Of a stretch of 38,039 bases of DNA, positions 1 through 12,919 are shown piece by piece. The stretch spans positions 116,819,223 to 116,857,261 of the forward strand of contig NC_068983.1 of the NCBI RefSeq assembly GCF_001194135.2, read 5' to 3'. The notes under the pieces are model-generated. The model was not told where the DNA came from. It saw only the letters and a program-made list of their open reading frames with translations, and ran no database searches. Every line of letters starts with the position of its first letter. Within the stretch, counting starts at the first letter, position 1. The stretch comes from Octopus bimaculoides (Eukaryota). The position numbers were made by a program, and so were the translations under genes.

Positions 1-310
1 GATCTAAGCAGCTTAATTTGGTGTTGAATGCGTTCTTGCTAAGAAGGTTTTTTGTGGGAGTGTTGTCTTTTTCTAATCTTTTCACCACATAGAATCGTTG
101 AGATTCTTGCGGATGCATAGTACAGGTAGTTGAGATCTGTAATATCAACATCATTAGCTGAAATTATATCCTTAAGTGCAAGGCGGATTTTACCAATTAT
201 TTTCAAGTTTTGGTTAGAATTGCGAATTTTGGGGAGAGTGTCGCGTTCATTCATACTAGTTTCTTTAATTTTCAGCCATTCAATCATGCTGTACTCTTTC
301 ACGATAACTT
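1..310 (-). mobile_element. R4/Dong-like non-LTR retrotransposon fragment (N-terminal region, decayed)
   Basis: Minus strand reads ...DITDLNYLYYASARISTILCGEKIRKRQHSHKKPS*QERIQHQIKLLR. This resembles the lxYAxA...PxWxxRlxxxIxxLR segment upstream of the RT in R4-clade ORFs, with TAG in place of TGG. Recognised from memory, not by search. Confidence 0.5.
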
Positions 311-341
311 TCTCTCACTCTTACTTCTTGTTTCTGTTGTG

Positions 342-526
342 CCTGTAATTCAAAGGGCCAGCCTTGTCACACTGTGTTACGCTGAATATCCCCGGGAACT
401 ACGTTAAGGGTACACGTGTCTGTGGAATGCTCAACCACATGCACGTTAATTTCACGAGCAGGCTGTTACGTTGATCGGATCAACTGAAACCCTCGAAGTC
501 GTAAGCGACGGAGTGCCAACAACAAC
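342..526 (+). mobile_element. SINE family A, 5'-truncated copy
   Basis: Aligns with the reverse complement of 19877-20040 (shared GGCCAGCCTTGTCACACT, GAACTACGTTAAG, TAATTTCACGAGCAGG); ends in (AAC)3. Confidence 0.7.
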
Positions 527-947
527 ATTCTTATAGGTATATATGTATATATGTATATATGTGTATATATGTATCTGTGAATATTTATACATGCGTGTAT
601 TCGCGCAAGTGAATGTGTATGTGTATGTGTTAAGCTGGTACTGTTATTTTAGAACTGTTATTTTATTATGCCTTATCATCTCGCGCAGCGTAATGGTGGA
701 CAAACAGCTGACAAAGAAGTGACTGAATAGATAATACGATTGATATGATAAAAATGCATATGAGTGTGTGGGATAGAGTAGCTGTACAGGGAAGGGAGAG
801 TAGAAAACTAAGCCAAGAGCTACAACAGTCTAGAGTTTTCTGTTTTGTACTATTATGTATATTAAATTAACTATTTAGAATGTACCTTTAATTTTTCTTT
901 TGTGCATTATGTTAATAATATTTTATTAATATTATTTATATTTGCAG

Positions 948-1125
948 GAAAATTTCGTTATCTCTAATATTTTGGATCGTTCCGTTTACTCCGGCAAGCA
1001 ACATGTTCTTTCGAGTTGGCTTTGTTATTGCTGAAAGAAATCTCTACTTACCCAGCCTTGGCTTCTGTATAGCTATTTCACTTGGCTTCTGTATATTACG
1101 AGAAAGTCACCCACATCGGTCGCAG
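948..1125 (+). CDS. TMTC4: TMTC4-like protein O-mannosyltransferase, internal exon A (membrane domain)
   Basis: Acceptor tttgcAG at 946-947 and donor CAG|GTtggt at 1126. Translates KISLSLIFWIVPFTPASNMFFRVGFVIAERNLYLPSLGFCIAISLGFCILRESHPHRSQ, matching the TMTC signature PFxPASNLFFRVGFVxAERxLYLPSxGxC. The FFRVGF and YLPS words favour TMTC4. Confidence 0.92.
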
Positions 1126-2823
1126 GTTGGTCACTTTCTCAATCTATATAGTATATGCAAGCCCTTGTATATGCAGAGATTTGTTTATTCTTCCCTGTTC
1201 AACTTAAACAAGAAATGCTGTACCATACTATTAACAGATTCTCTTTTCTATTGAGAGCTTTAAACACTACTTCAAGACAAGGAAAACAGATTAACCCAAA
1301 TCATCTGCTGTCATTTCTTTCCGTTTAAGTTACTGTAAGTATGGCAGCTCCTTAATCTCTCAAGAAAATTTCGTTGATATTACACATACATACATACACA
1401 CACACACACATTTAATTTAGCAAATGTTGTGTTCGAATGTATGCACTTGTGTATACGACTATTGTAATGTAAATCTGTGGTACGAATAAAGCGTGACATA
1501 ACATGAGATTTTGAATGTACGATTATTGTGTGGCAATGTGTATACATAGATTAGCAAAAATGCATGAGTGTAGGAAATATATGCATGGGTGCTTATCTGA
1601 GTATATACTGTGGTGGTGTTAGTAAATATTACAAAGCATACGTCCACTCTAATCCAAAAATTATTGTCTGGAACATTTTTCTGATAGTAAGTACAATTGA
1701 TACGAGACTGGATATTTGTACTTTAGCAGATGATTACTTGTTCACGACAAACTCGTCAAACAGTCATTGATGTTGTTATACACGCCTCAAAACTATAAGA
1801 TGCTTCTTAGAGTTGCTAGAAAATTCAAGTGTTGAGGCAAGCCTGAGTGATTTGGCGTTGTTATGTCGAACATGTAACAAATTTGCCCTAAAATGACCAG
1901 TCAATTTCGGGTAAAATTTACTTAGATGCAATAAGCCACAAACCTAGCTGGCCATGTGGTACAGTGTACGGTATTTTTGGAGGTGCGTGAAAACATAATC
2001 AAACTGAATTACAAACTAGCTCCATATTGTCCAGTGATGGTTTTGATGAAGGAAAGAGGAACATACGAACGACTCAGTTTGTGTTTTATGGGTGATGACG
2101 AGAAGCTGACTTATAGGCTTACAGGTTATTTACAGCGCTATTGCAGTTGAAGAAGTAAAGATATGTTTCAGAAAAATGTGAGACTCTTGTGTGAGGAGAG
2201 TAGAAAAGGTGGAATTTGAAGTATATTGCTAGCAGAAATTTTCAACAACCAGAAATTGGTAGGGATAAAAATAAATTCATTAAGGTAGAAGTGGCAAGGA
2301 GTACTGAGCCCATGTGTGGTGTTCCAGAAAATATTTGAATACTGCGAATTCCACTTGATGTGGTATAATATTATAGAGGGATTTTAGATGCATCATGAAA
2401 TAGATGGGAGAAATCAGGAGGTGGAGTTGAAGAGATGGAGCACGTGATTGGTGACACAGAAAAACTGGAGGTGCTACCGATAACAGTGACTACAGATAAT
2501 TGTGGATAATAATATACACATAAAACACTATGCATTTGCAATTTTTTTCTGCTATGCATTTGGATATGTACCTAATATGTACCTATCTTCTTATCTACGT
2601 ATGTGTTTTAATTACGAGGAAAAGGATAATTCACAATTTAATTTTATGTGTTTACAATGTGTCTGACTCATTACTTAAAATTCTTTGAAAAATTTAGAAC
2701 AAATATTCAACTACCTTTGGTGCCCATCCAATCGCATATATCCTAATCACTTTATAGTGTCTGCAGCGTTCAATCTTTTATCTATTACAAATACTGTTTT
2801 ATACGTACACACTTACGCGCACG

Positions 2824-2861
<38 letters not shown>

Positions 2862-3864
2862 CACGCATACACACACACATATGTATGTATGTACGTATGT
2901 GCATATATGCATATGTGTGTTCGAGTATGTGTATACTAAACTAAAACGATTATTGATTTTTATTTATATCTTCGTAATACGGTAGAAAATCTGATAAGCA
3001 CTTATTCGTTATATTATTGGTTATAAAATGTTTTTATTCAGGTACTCAACAGAAATTCAGCCAAAATATCCCGAAAGTTTTCAAAGACACGTCAAAAATT
3101 TGAGTGATGTCGCTGCGTTTGGCAAAAGTTTGTCATATATTTGCATCTATTTAATGGAAGCAAAATTCATATTCGTAACACTCACACGTGGAACTTATTT
3201 CAAATGATTGGAGTATTTCTTTTTAATTCAGCAATCTATCAACGTCAAATCGCGATATAGTACATTTATTATAATGGTAGTAGAATTTTAATTGTTGGAA
3301 ACACCTAAACTATGTGCTTACTCAACTTTGATATCGCGTACATACAAATTAGCGAATAGTAATTATTTCTAACTACATAAAATCTTTGGCGTCAGATTTG
3401 ATGCCAATGATTTTTATACATGGTACGATTGAGTATTTAACTTGTTAATTGTTAACAATTTAAAAGAATATTCATCCAAAATATTTGACAAAGCAACTAT
3501 CGGGTAAATATAGACTATCCCAAATTTTTATATTCTTGCTTTGTATATGGCTGGAAAATTACATCGTGTTAAGCTGGATACAATTCTGTTCATATAGTCC
3601 AGTTCTTCTCCAAGCTACCGATAAATATTTCATATCAAAACTTCATTCTTAACTTTGGGTACTGCGAACAAATGCAGCAATAAACATGAGTATAATGCTG
3701 ATGTAAAATGCATTCTTTGAATATATTTCCAAAGTATTGCGTATTCATTGATGAATGTGGGTACAACATTTGAACCAGGAAGTCTTTTGGACGAGCTTCT
3801 CGAGGTGCTCCTGTTCACTGAGTTGTCAACCGTCAGCTTGGGAAAAACTGCAAATCACTTTCGC

Positions 3865-4990
3865 GGTGATGATAGTAGAGGATATCGACTCCTTACTTGT
3901 TTTTCTAAAATGCACCCTAAATGTTCAATAATAGTGAGATCTGAGGATTGTGGTGGCCAGATAAGATGTTCAACTTCACTACAATGTTCCTCGTGCCATT
4001 CAGTAACAACTTTAGCTGTGTGAAGAACTGGTGCATTATCATCCTCAAAGCAGTTCTGCAAACATAGAATGAATTTGATCAGATAAAATAGAATGAATTT
4101 GATCAAACATAGAATGAATTTGATCAAACATAGAATGAATTTGATTAGATAAAATGCTTAAATACTTGACTATTAATTCTGCCATGAAGGGAAACTATTG
4201 GGCCGGCAGACTTCCAAGATATAGCCCCCCCACCCCAGATCATCACAGATCCTCCTCTATGTTTAACATTTGGAAGAAGGCAGTCTGGGTCAATTGTTTC
4301 TTTTTGCTGTCTCCACACATTTACAGCCGGTGGTCAGAAATAAGGTAACGGATGACTCGTCCGAGAAAATAACATGCTTCCTCTGCTCTTGGGACCAATT
4401 CTGTAGGTTTTTATTCCACTCTAAACGCTTTGCAATGTTTGTTTTTGAAAGTAGTAGTTTTCTGATTGCAGACCTCCCGTGAAATCCGGCTTTGTGCAGT
4501 TCCCGGCGAACAGTTTTTGTGGAAACTGGGTTCTCGATATGATCATTAAGCTCTGCAGTAATTTTAGGAGTTGTATTTTTGTGATGCTTTCTAGCAATTC
4601 GCGTAAGAATCCGACGGTCTCTATCTGAAAGTTTTGGTTTTCTTCCGGAGTTTTGTTTCGACGAGGAGATTTTACCCTCTTTCTCATAGGCTGTCATTAC
4701 TTTCGAGACAGTACTTCTTGATACACCAAACATTTCAGCTGTTTACGTTAAGTTAGCGCCTGCTATACGAGCACCAACAATTTGACCTATTTGAGAGTCC
4801 GATAGATCTGTCATTTTAATGAATTTTAATTACCTTTTTCTGATGATATCTGAAAAGAAATAGCAATTTTAGCAAAGCACTAATAATAAGTCAAAAAACA
4901 TAAGAATAAACAAGCGTTCGACGGCTTATAAATATTTCAAAATTATGATGCTCTGATGCCAGGTGTTTCCACTATCGTGTCCAACCCCTG
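3865..4990 (-). mobile_element. Tc1/mariner transposon, decayed and 3'-truncated
   Basis: Transposase starts at ATG 4814 (MTDLSDSQIGQIVGAR..., stop at codon 24). It contains the HTH/GRKPKLS region, first catalytic D in IFSDESS, frameshifted KHRGGSVMIW, then FEDDNAP and WPPQSSDLTIIE. One TIR (minus strand CAGGGGTTGGACACGATAGTGGAAACACCTG, 4990-4960) is flanked by TA at 4991-4992; the second TIR and the C-terminus were not found. Confidence 0.93.
4060..4146. repeat. Tandem 21/24/21/21-bp duplication inside the Tc1 transposase
   Basis: Unit AAACATAGAATGAATTTGATC repeated four times; the minus strand encodes DQIHSMF repeats. Confidence 0.9.
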
Positions 4991-7274
4991 TATTTTTAGA
5001 AAATCATTCTAACTAAGCTCACAGTTCAGTGGCGAATGAGAAGTTTAAGATTGATACTAGATATTGTTAATGTTACGAGCACGCTTGTTTAATGTAGAGG
5101 AGAGTGAAAAGACGTATGCTTTTGTCGTAGAAAATTTACCCTACCATGTGAGGTTGTGTGTTTTATGAATCTATTCAATTTTTGGCCTTTCTTTTTCTCT
5201 CGCTCTCATGTTACATATTGTTCTACTAATACTACCGACCACGATATTTATAATTCTCAGCAGATATCTAGAGCTGGTGTCATGCACCACTCAGCACACT
5301 ATATCATCTAATGCTACATTTTCTCTGTTATTTAACGTCCCTCTTTCCCTGACTTTATGTTTTTTCATGATTTTGCGACCTTTGTCTTTAAATTTACTGG
5401 TACATAATCTCATTTCACAAAATATTATTTTTCCATAATTTGAAAATATCGTTCTTGTTTGGTTTCGTTAGTAATTGTTCGAAGTTTATCTGACTTAGAT
5501 TAACTAAAGTTGTTTTTCTTCAGTTCATGTGCGTCTATTTACTCCACGCATGTATGTATGTATCTAAGTGTGTAGGTACATATCAGTGTGTTTTGCTACC
5601 AATATATATGCTCACTAATTTGCCTTTATTCTTTAGTTATACACTTGTGGTGTCAACAAGGACTGAAGATGAAAGTATTCCTAAAATCAATATCTCCTTA
5701 ATATTTATGAAGTGTCTCGATGATATATTAATGTAACGATGTATAAACACATTGCTGAAATATAGCCAATGCTTCATATCTTTATTAGGTCTTATCAGAA
5801 TGTATAAAATATTGGATGTATTTTCCCCTATTATTATCGAGGAAGCAATGCATTATCTTCTATTACAATCAATTGCATTGAGATAATAACAGAAAACTTA
5901 GTTCCAGTTTAATTACTAGATTATTTGTGAAACTAATTCTTTGTAATTTAGATTTGTGGGTGGACGATAATTGAAACAATCTTACATCATGCATATATTA
6001 ACGCTCATAATTTACTAAGAGGTCATTTGTTAAAAGTTTGATGATTTAGAATTCACTATAATTCAAAGTTCTAAGATCGTCTTATATAATACGGTAAATC
6101 ACTTTTCTCTAACGACCTCACTTATCTTGTGTGTGTAAAAGAACTTGTTTTACTGTACATGTTTACAATGCATGCTTACTAGATGATGAAAATACTATTT
6201 TAATAGTCTAAGGAAACCAATTATGTAATTTAGCACATTATAATTTGACAATATACATATCTGTTAGAATAAAGCAACACTCGTGACGTTAAAAATAGCT
6301 CAGTGTGCTTGTGACATGGAAAGGAATGTCTAATGAATTGTGGAAACAGGGATTCAGATTTAGTTCCATAACTAATCGAGTAAATTTTTGATTATTTTTG
6401 TTCATGGTTTCGGTTAGGAGTAAGAACTAAGCTGACGACATTTGGAGGTTTTCCAAACAGATCACATTCGTGCAGCTGATACTCAGGTTTGAAGAACTGC
6501 AAATTAATCAGTGTGTAAATGTGATGCAGATAGAATTGTAACAAAGAACGTTTCAAGGTAGATGATAAAAGGTCTCTCACCTTAATAAGCTACTTAGCAG
6601 CTACAACTACAAGTCATGTATTTTCATCTTGAAGTTACGCTGTCCTTAGAAACAAAAATGTTTTAAAAATTGTTTAATGCTGCCATGATAAATATGTTTC
6701 TTTGCAAAATGCATATACACAATGCATATATGAAGAAAAAGCTTCTTCCAGGTACCTTCTGTAGCTTCGGTGGATTGCAAGAAAAAACTTAAATAGGCCA
6801 GAGATTTTAAGTGTCATTATTACTAATTACCTTTTAGTGTCTCAACTTCACAAGTTGCTTTCTAAAGAAAATACCTTGGACTCGAACTATAACTCTCCAC
6901 TTCAAAACCTGAAGTGACACCCACAATAAAATACTGAAACCATTTTTATTAAATTGATTATGGGAAAATACCATATTACATCTTCGTTGGTAACAAAAAA
7001 AAAAAAATTCAGATCTTTTTTTCTCAGAGAACATGAAAGAATGATGTCAATCAATAATTAAATTCGAAGAAGGTATCATATATTGTTCGCTGAGTGTATC
7101 AGCGGAAGATGCTATAAATATTTAGCAGATATTGATTTTTGGAAATGATTTTAATTTTCTTTTGTTGTTAGAAATGCATATGGACTGAAAATCGTATTCG
7201 GCAAATCTCTGGAGAGTAAACGTACGTTTATTGAGAAAATATATTCCATTTTTACACACAGGTAGATTATAAAC

Positions 7275-7379
7275 CTACCTACCTACCTACCTACCTACCT
7301 ACCTACCTATCCACTTACCTATGTATACAGGTATGTATGTATGTATGTATGTATGTATGTATGTATGTATGTATGTATG

Positions 7380-7411
<32 letters not shown>

Positions 7412-7688
7412 CCGTCGAGACAGGTTTTCAGAGACCGGATTAGCACGCTAGTAGAGAGGGCTTTGACGGGAGCCTTCATCAACAACAGATGATGGTGGTT
7501 TGACCTCAAGAGAGCAATAAAAGCCGAATCAATTAGATATAGCAAAGCGCTGGCGATAGATAGAAACAAAATAGAGGGTGACCTAGTCAAGAGACTAGAA
7601 TAGGCGATTAGAAGTGGTATCGCGTCCAACGTATTGGCGGCGAGGTTGGCCCTCGACCTTACACTTCAACGACAAACACGAATGAAAG

Positions 7689-7767
<79 letters not shown>

Positions 7768-7822
7768 CCTACCTACCTACCTACCTACCTACCTACCTAC
7801 CTACCTACCTACGTATGTATGT
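7275..7822. repeat. Compound tetranucleotide microsatellite (ACCT)n/(ATGT)n/(ATCT)n split by a 282-bp insert
   Basis: Read directly; (ATCT)n ends at 7408 and resumes at 7691. Confidence 0.95.
7409..7690 (+). mobile_element. L1/Tx1-like LINE ORF2 internal fragment
   Basis: Frame from 7451 reads VERALTGAFINNR*WWFDLKRAIKAESIRYSKALAIDRNKIEGDLVKRLE*AIRSGIASNVLAARLALD, resembling the WWxxxKxxIxxxxIxYS linker between endonuclease and RT of L1/Tx1 elements. GC is higher than in the flanks. Confidence 0.55.
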
Positions 7823-10800
7823 ATTTATATTTGAAGATTCAGCACATTATATATCTTAAATATTCACATGTGACTTAGTCTGAAACTGAAGCAATTACAT
7901 GGCCATTTTACCATATTACCCATTGAGGAACACCAAAAGCTATAAAGATTTATTTTCGCATAATTCAGGAAGTGAAAAATTTTCGTAGTACTTCAACAAT
8001 CAAAATTATTTTCTTTCAATACAAGGGAAATGTCATTTCAAACGCATTAGTAAGTCAACTGTTCGGAAATTGGAGGAAAACACGTTATGCTATTTTTATG
8101 ATATGACTCATAGATGAGACTGCAACAAAGCAAATGCTTACAATTTTTGCTTGCAACTTATCAATATGCTAAACGAATCGGTGTGATGTTGTCATGTAGT
8201 TATTAAATGAAAATATCTGTGAATAAACGACTACCCTTGTACAGGCAACGTAACACTCATTTCAGCTTTTGAATGAAATTGTCTTCAATGTAATTGCAGT
8301 TGGTATGTAAGTGCATAATGATCTAGTTGATGACTAAAATTTAAATTTGCAATATCATTACCAGAATACGAAGCAAATCCGCTAACAGGGTATGATCTAC
8401 GATCGTGAGTTAAACATTCGATTGCAAATGCATGAGTAGTAAACATTGTGATTACAACTGTAAATTTAGGCATAGTTGTTGCACTCCAATATCTTCTCTC
8501 GAGGCATTTATAGCTATGAGAAATTACAACTCTGTAATAAATGAAATGTAAATAAAATAATAGCTGCCCTATAATTATATTTATAGGTATACATATATTT
8601 ATATGGGTGTATATGTATATCTATAGACACTCACATATGATAGAATTCATTTTTGAAGGGAATTGTTTAGAAAGTGATCATGCTTATTGTTTTGGGTGTA
8701 ATTTTAATCAATCAAAATCTATTAGCGTCCATTGGACTATAATTTTGTCATATATTATTACATCTGAATCAATTTAACTAACGATTCCCACATTGTTATG
8801 CTAATCACCATGCTATATCTTTTGGACAGCTACTTTTCATCTTATAATATAAAGCTTAGAAAGAGATCAAGAGATTTAACTTAAACATTCACATATCTTA
8901 TTAATGTGATAAATAAGAATACTTAAGAGAGTAAATATTGTCTATTAATTAATCTAATTAAGATATGAACAATTAAAATAGTGAACATTAAACCTATTGC
9001 TGATGACCAGCAATATTTCGTTCCCACTTTATAAAAAGTCGCTAATCATCACACTATTTTCATTTGGCTTCTTCAAAATAGTTTGGCTTCATTCTACAAT
9101 AAAGGGAACGTCATGCTGGATATAAAATATAGGGTATTTCATACACATTTCATGAGACTATTGGGAGGAGCCGACTTTATTATATCAATTGTTGCAATAA
9201 GGGAAGGAAGCATCGTCAAGTAATCGCTAAGAATTTTTACTTGAGTAAAATTATACAGTTATTGATGCAAGAGGCAATCACTTACTGAATGGATAATTCT
9301 GTTCAAAAACTACTAGTAAATGCATCATCGAAATTTAATATATCTTCTGAAAATTTCAGCGGTGAAGGATATTATTTTTCCACTTGTGTGTGGTACACTA
9401 TATTACTCTATTATTTACGATATCTTGTATTACAATTAGGCAATTCTCAAGTTTTAGCTGGTATGAATAGAGTTGAGCTGCTTTTAAATACTTCATTCTT
9501 TTTTTTGCTTGCATTTTTGATACACAACACACACCTCTTTCCTGGACGCATTTTTGTAAATTTATCTGTTAGACATGTAGTAGGTCTTTGCGTCAATTTG
9601 ATATAGCAATTTGTTATTTCTAACAGGGAAATTTTGATAAATAATCAATCGCATTAAATTGACTGAGTACAGGAAAGCGTGATCATTAAGAATTTTCCAA
9701 AACACAACTAATCAACTGATGATGTCAGCATTAAGCTCACTCTTCAAGCTTGCTGATTGCGAAGTTCTGCTTGCAAACAAAGAAGAAAACGCTGTGAACG
9801 TTACCAGTAGTTTACGTCGGTCTCAAATCCATTATCAGCTACGTGTGTCAATAATGACATACAGTGGCTCAAGCGTTTTGAACTGCTAACAACTCGAAAT
9901 TAAAAACTAAGGAAGATGTTACTATACTAACGTATTTCACATTCACTCTCTCTTTTTCTTTATATCTTCCTCTCTGCCTTTCAATTTTGCATTTTCACAA
10001 TGTAATTGGTCAAATGAATTTCACTACAATCTTTTTTGACGGGTAATTACAAATCCATACAACCGTTACGTTAGTTATGAAAATAATTATCCTTCCATTC
10101 TCTGTGCTTCTCTATCGGAATCTCGTGTCCAATATAATGTTTTTGACGATAAACACATGAAGATGAATCACAAATTCTATTTCTCTTTCAACTACATGAT
10201 CATTTTGTTGTTAAAGTTTCATAACTTCCGAACAGAAGATATTTTTGCAGAAACGCCACATAAGCCAGGGAAGATCTGAAGGAAGAACAATAAATTTATA
10301 TTGCAAGTAGTTAATATAATACTGACGCAGCTTGTTTATGCTTTTTTATATGTTTTTATAGGGTTAGCAAAACTGTTTTAAACATTACCACTCTTTTTCG
10401 CTTGGTGAGAAAATGTCTACTCTTTAAGAGGAATGAAATATATATATAAAAAAAAAACGCCCTACACGTTATAAACATAAAATGTCTGAAAAAAGCAATC
10501 CATATAAATTTTTTAAATGGACACTTTTACATTGAGATGCACAACCGAAATTATATGTAACAATAAATAATATGATGATGATGTGGGAATTTTTTGTCTG
10601 GAACAATGAAATTTTGTATCTTTGATTTTAAGAGTCATAAATATTTTTGAATGCATTAAAAATTACAATGTGTAAAGAAAATAATATGTACTTAAAAAGT
10701 GTTGCCAACGTGCAGATTATTTAAGAACGAAAATCTATTTCGTGATAGATTAAAAAAACATTTATTCTCTCCTATTCAGTGTATTTCTTTCATACGTTTA

Positions 10801-10872
10801 GTTTTCTAGAACGAAAATTTGGTGTGCATAAGAAGAAAATATTGTTCGCAATAAAATCGTTATCACACTCCA

Positions 10873-10965
<93 letters not shown>

Positions 10966-11441
10966 AAAACACAGATGCTTCTTATACATATAAAATCTTC
11001 AAAAAGGAGATAATTTGTCGGTACACGCAAAAGAGGAAATTTGCATTTAAAACATGGAAATACCCCGTTTGCCGACTAGGGAAAAATAATCGTCCATATA
11101 ATGAACACTGACCCTTTTAGATCCAACCGGAACCGATCTAAAGTTGATAATTCCTTCTCGCACAGATGTACTGTTGTACAGTAGTATTTCGTTTCAGTTT
11201 TTTTTGTTTATAACCTAACTGATAAAGTATTTTCAAATTTCTAGTTGTAGAGTCTTATGTACCGTCAACCAACGAGTCTGACGAGTCGCGTATACCGCTA
11301 AGGGGCTTTGTAGGTGCGAAATGAATATTCACTCTCTGACCGGCCATAACACACCTTCCGAGTTTTACTGCTGTACAGTTTTAGAGTATATATATATACA
11401 TACATAAAATCAAAATAAGCAACACAGATTTTAAAGATGAT

Positions 11442-11529
11442 TGCAGTACGCATGTTTCATGCTACTCTATTTATTTAAGTAATGCAAGCATTACATTAAA
11501 TGTAATATGTAGAGCAATCTTCAGCTGCA
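11442..11529 (-). ncRNA. Minimal type I hammerhead ribozyme-like motif (partly degenerate)
   Basis: Minus strand TGCAG-CTGAAGA-[stem II]-GAAA-C-ATGC-G-TA-CTGCA. Stem I is a perfect 5 bp and the core boxes are intact with a GUA triplet. Stem II is TGCT/AGCA plus CTA/TAG, but its closing pair is a U-U mismatch. Confidence 0.55.
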
Positions 11530-11599
11530 CAAAAATGTAGAAAAATTACTGTAATTATATATATATAAGTGTGTGTGTGTGTATGTGTGTGTGTGTCGT

Positions 11600-12260
11600 A
11601 CAATTTAATTTCAGAAATTCAAATATTGATAGTGTTTGTACTCAGGATTTTGTTTTGAATATACGTAATACTTTTGCAAGTTGTCGATATATCAAATATT
11701 TTAGCTGTTTGAAATGAAGTTTTAATTATGCATTGTTTATTGATGTATTTAATTTTATAATGCACGTTACCAAATTATGAGTGTCTATTTTCCTTGAACC
11801 TGTGTTTTCTGATCTTTTCACACTCTGGCACATAATTTCTGCAGCATAACTTCTAGTAGCGTCATGACAATACCCTCTGAGGTTATGCATTTATGTATGG
11901 GTTCTGCAGTTCAGACTATAGAGGTCTTTCGATTAATATGCATGATTGTTCAATTACTTTAATCTTAATTTCGTTTCATGTTTTGGTTTCCTGTATTTGT
12001 GGGTTAGCTAGAATCTTTTAGCATCGATGAATGTCACATTTTGAAATATGCTGTTGTCATACTGAGCGTTCTCTTATCTAACAAATCTCTATTTATCCTT
12101 TTTAATATCTTTCATAAAAGTGCTTCGGTATTGGTTCGGGAGTAGCCCCTTTTCATAATTTCGAATGATGAGGTCAAAATTGTTCGTAGCTCCTGTACAA
12201 ATTGGGATTCGATATCTTTGGTTGTATCTTGAAAACTGAATGTGTTTTAGATCGAGCTAT
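11600..12260 (-). mobile_element. Possible Penelope-like element remnant
   Basis: Highly decayed minus-strand peptide ELRTILT...KRGY...KILKRINRDLLDKR resembles the RT-thumb/linker of Penelope-like elements. It lies just upstream, on the same strand, of a hammerhead motif. Confidence 0.3.
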
Positions 12261-12919
12261 ATCTCAGTACGAAAACCACACCGAATAATATCTACAGATT
12301 CATAAATGTCATACAAATTTGAAGTCAACTCGTCATAAATACATGATATTTGAAGTCGACTCGTGTCCAAATAAGATCAATTCCTAAACTCGGTGAGTCC
12401 AGGCAAGCATTCCGAGGTTTCAATACGTTTCTGTGTGTGAGTTTGTTTTGAATGGATAAAATATTGCTCAACACTTAACTTACTTTACAGTGCAATTATC
12501 TATAAATCTAATGGCACAACAGAGATTAAGCTACTAGAAACCAACTGCATTTCAGATTTCGTGTATGAGTTTACGTTCTCCAAAAAGAATGTTCTAACGA
12601 GAACTAGGTATCCTTCGATTCAAGTGGTTCACATTCTAATTAATCCCTAGCTGAATCCTTAGCATGTGTTACTACTCCGGATCAGAGCAGACCTGGGAAC
12701 AATATTGACTCATAGGTGGTCCTCAAAAGCGTTGAACCCCGTACCAGGATCTGAATATCAGATAAATTTTACTAATTACACTCAAGATAAACATACATAC
12801 GCCAACATCTACACCCAACACACACACATACACACACACTCACGCACAAGCTCACACACATATACGTACGCATATATATGCATGCATGTATATATTTATG
12901 TTATGTCAGGTCAATTATG

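Noticed and set aside
1950-2520. Purine-rich stretch that might be a very old LINE
   Set aside because: No motif could be assigned in any frame.
4060-4146. Short direct repeats resembling a CRISPR array (also 27422-27505)
   Set aside because: There are no unique spacers, leader or cas genes, the context is a eukaryotic intron, and simple tandem duplication explains them.
6392-6580. KPEYQLHECDLFGK, faintly like a C2H2 linker
   Set aside because: The Cys/His spacing is absent and there is no repeat of the motif.
11274-11337. + strand GAGT-CTGACGA-G...C-GAAA-TGAATAT-TC-ACTC hammerhead-like string
   Set aside because: Core boxes and a 4-bp stem I are present, but stems II and III do not pair convincingly. 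It would be the only sense-strand copy and is worth a covariance-model check.
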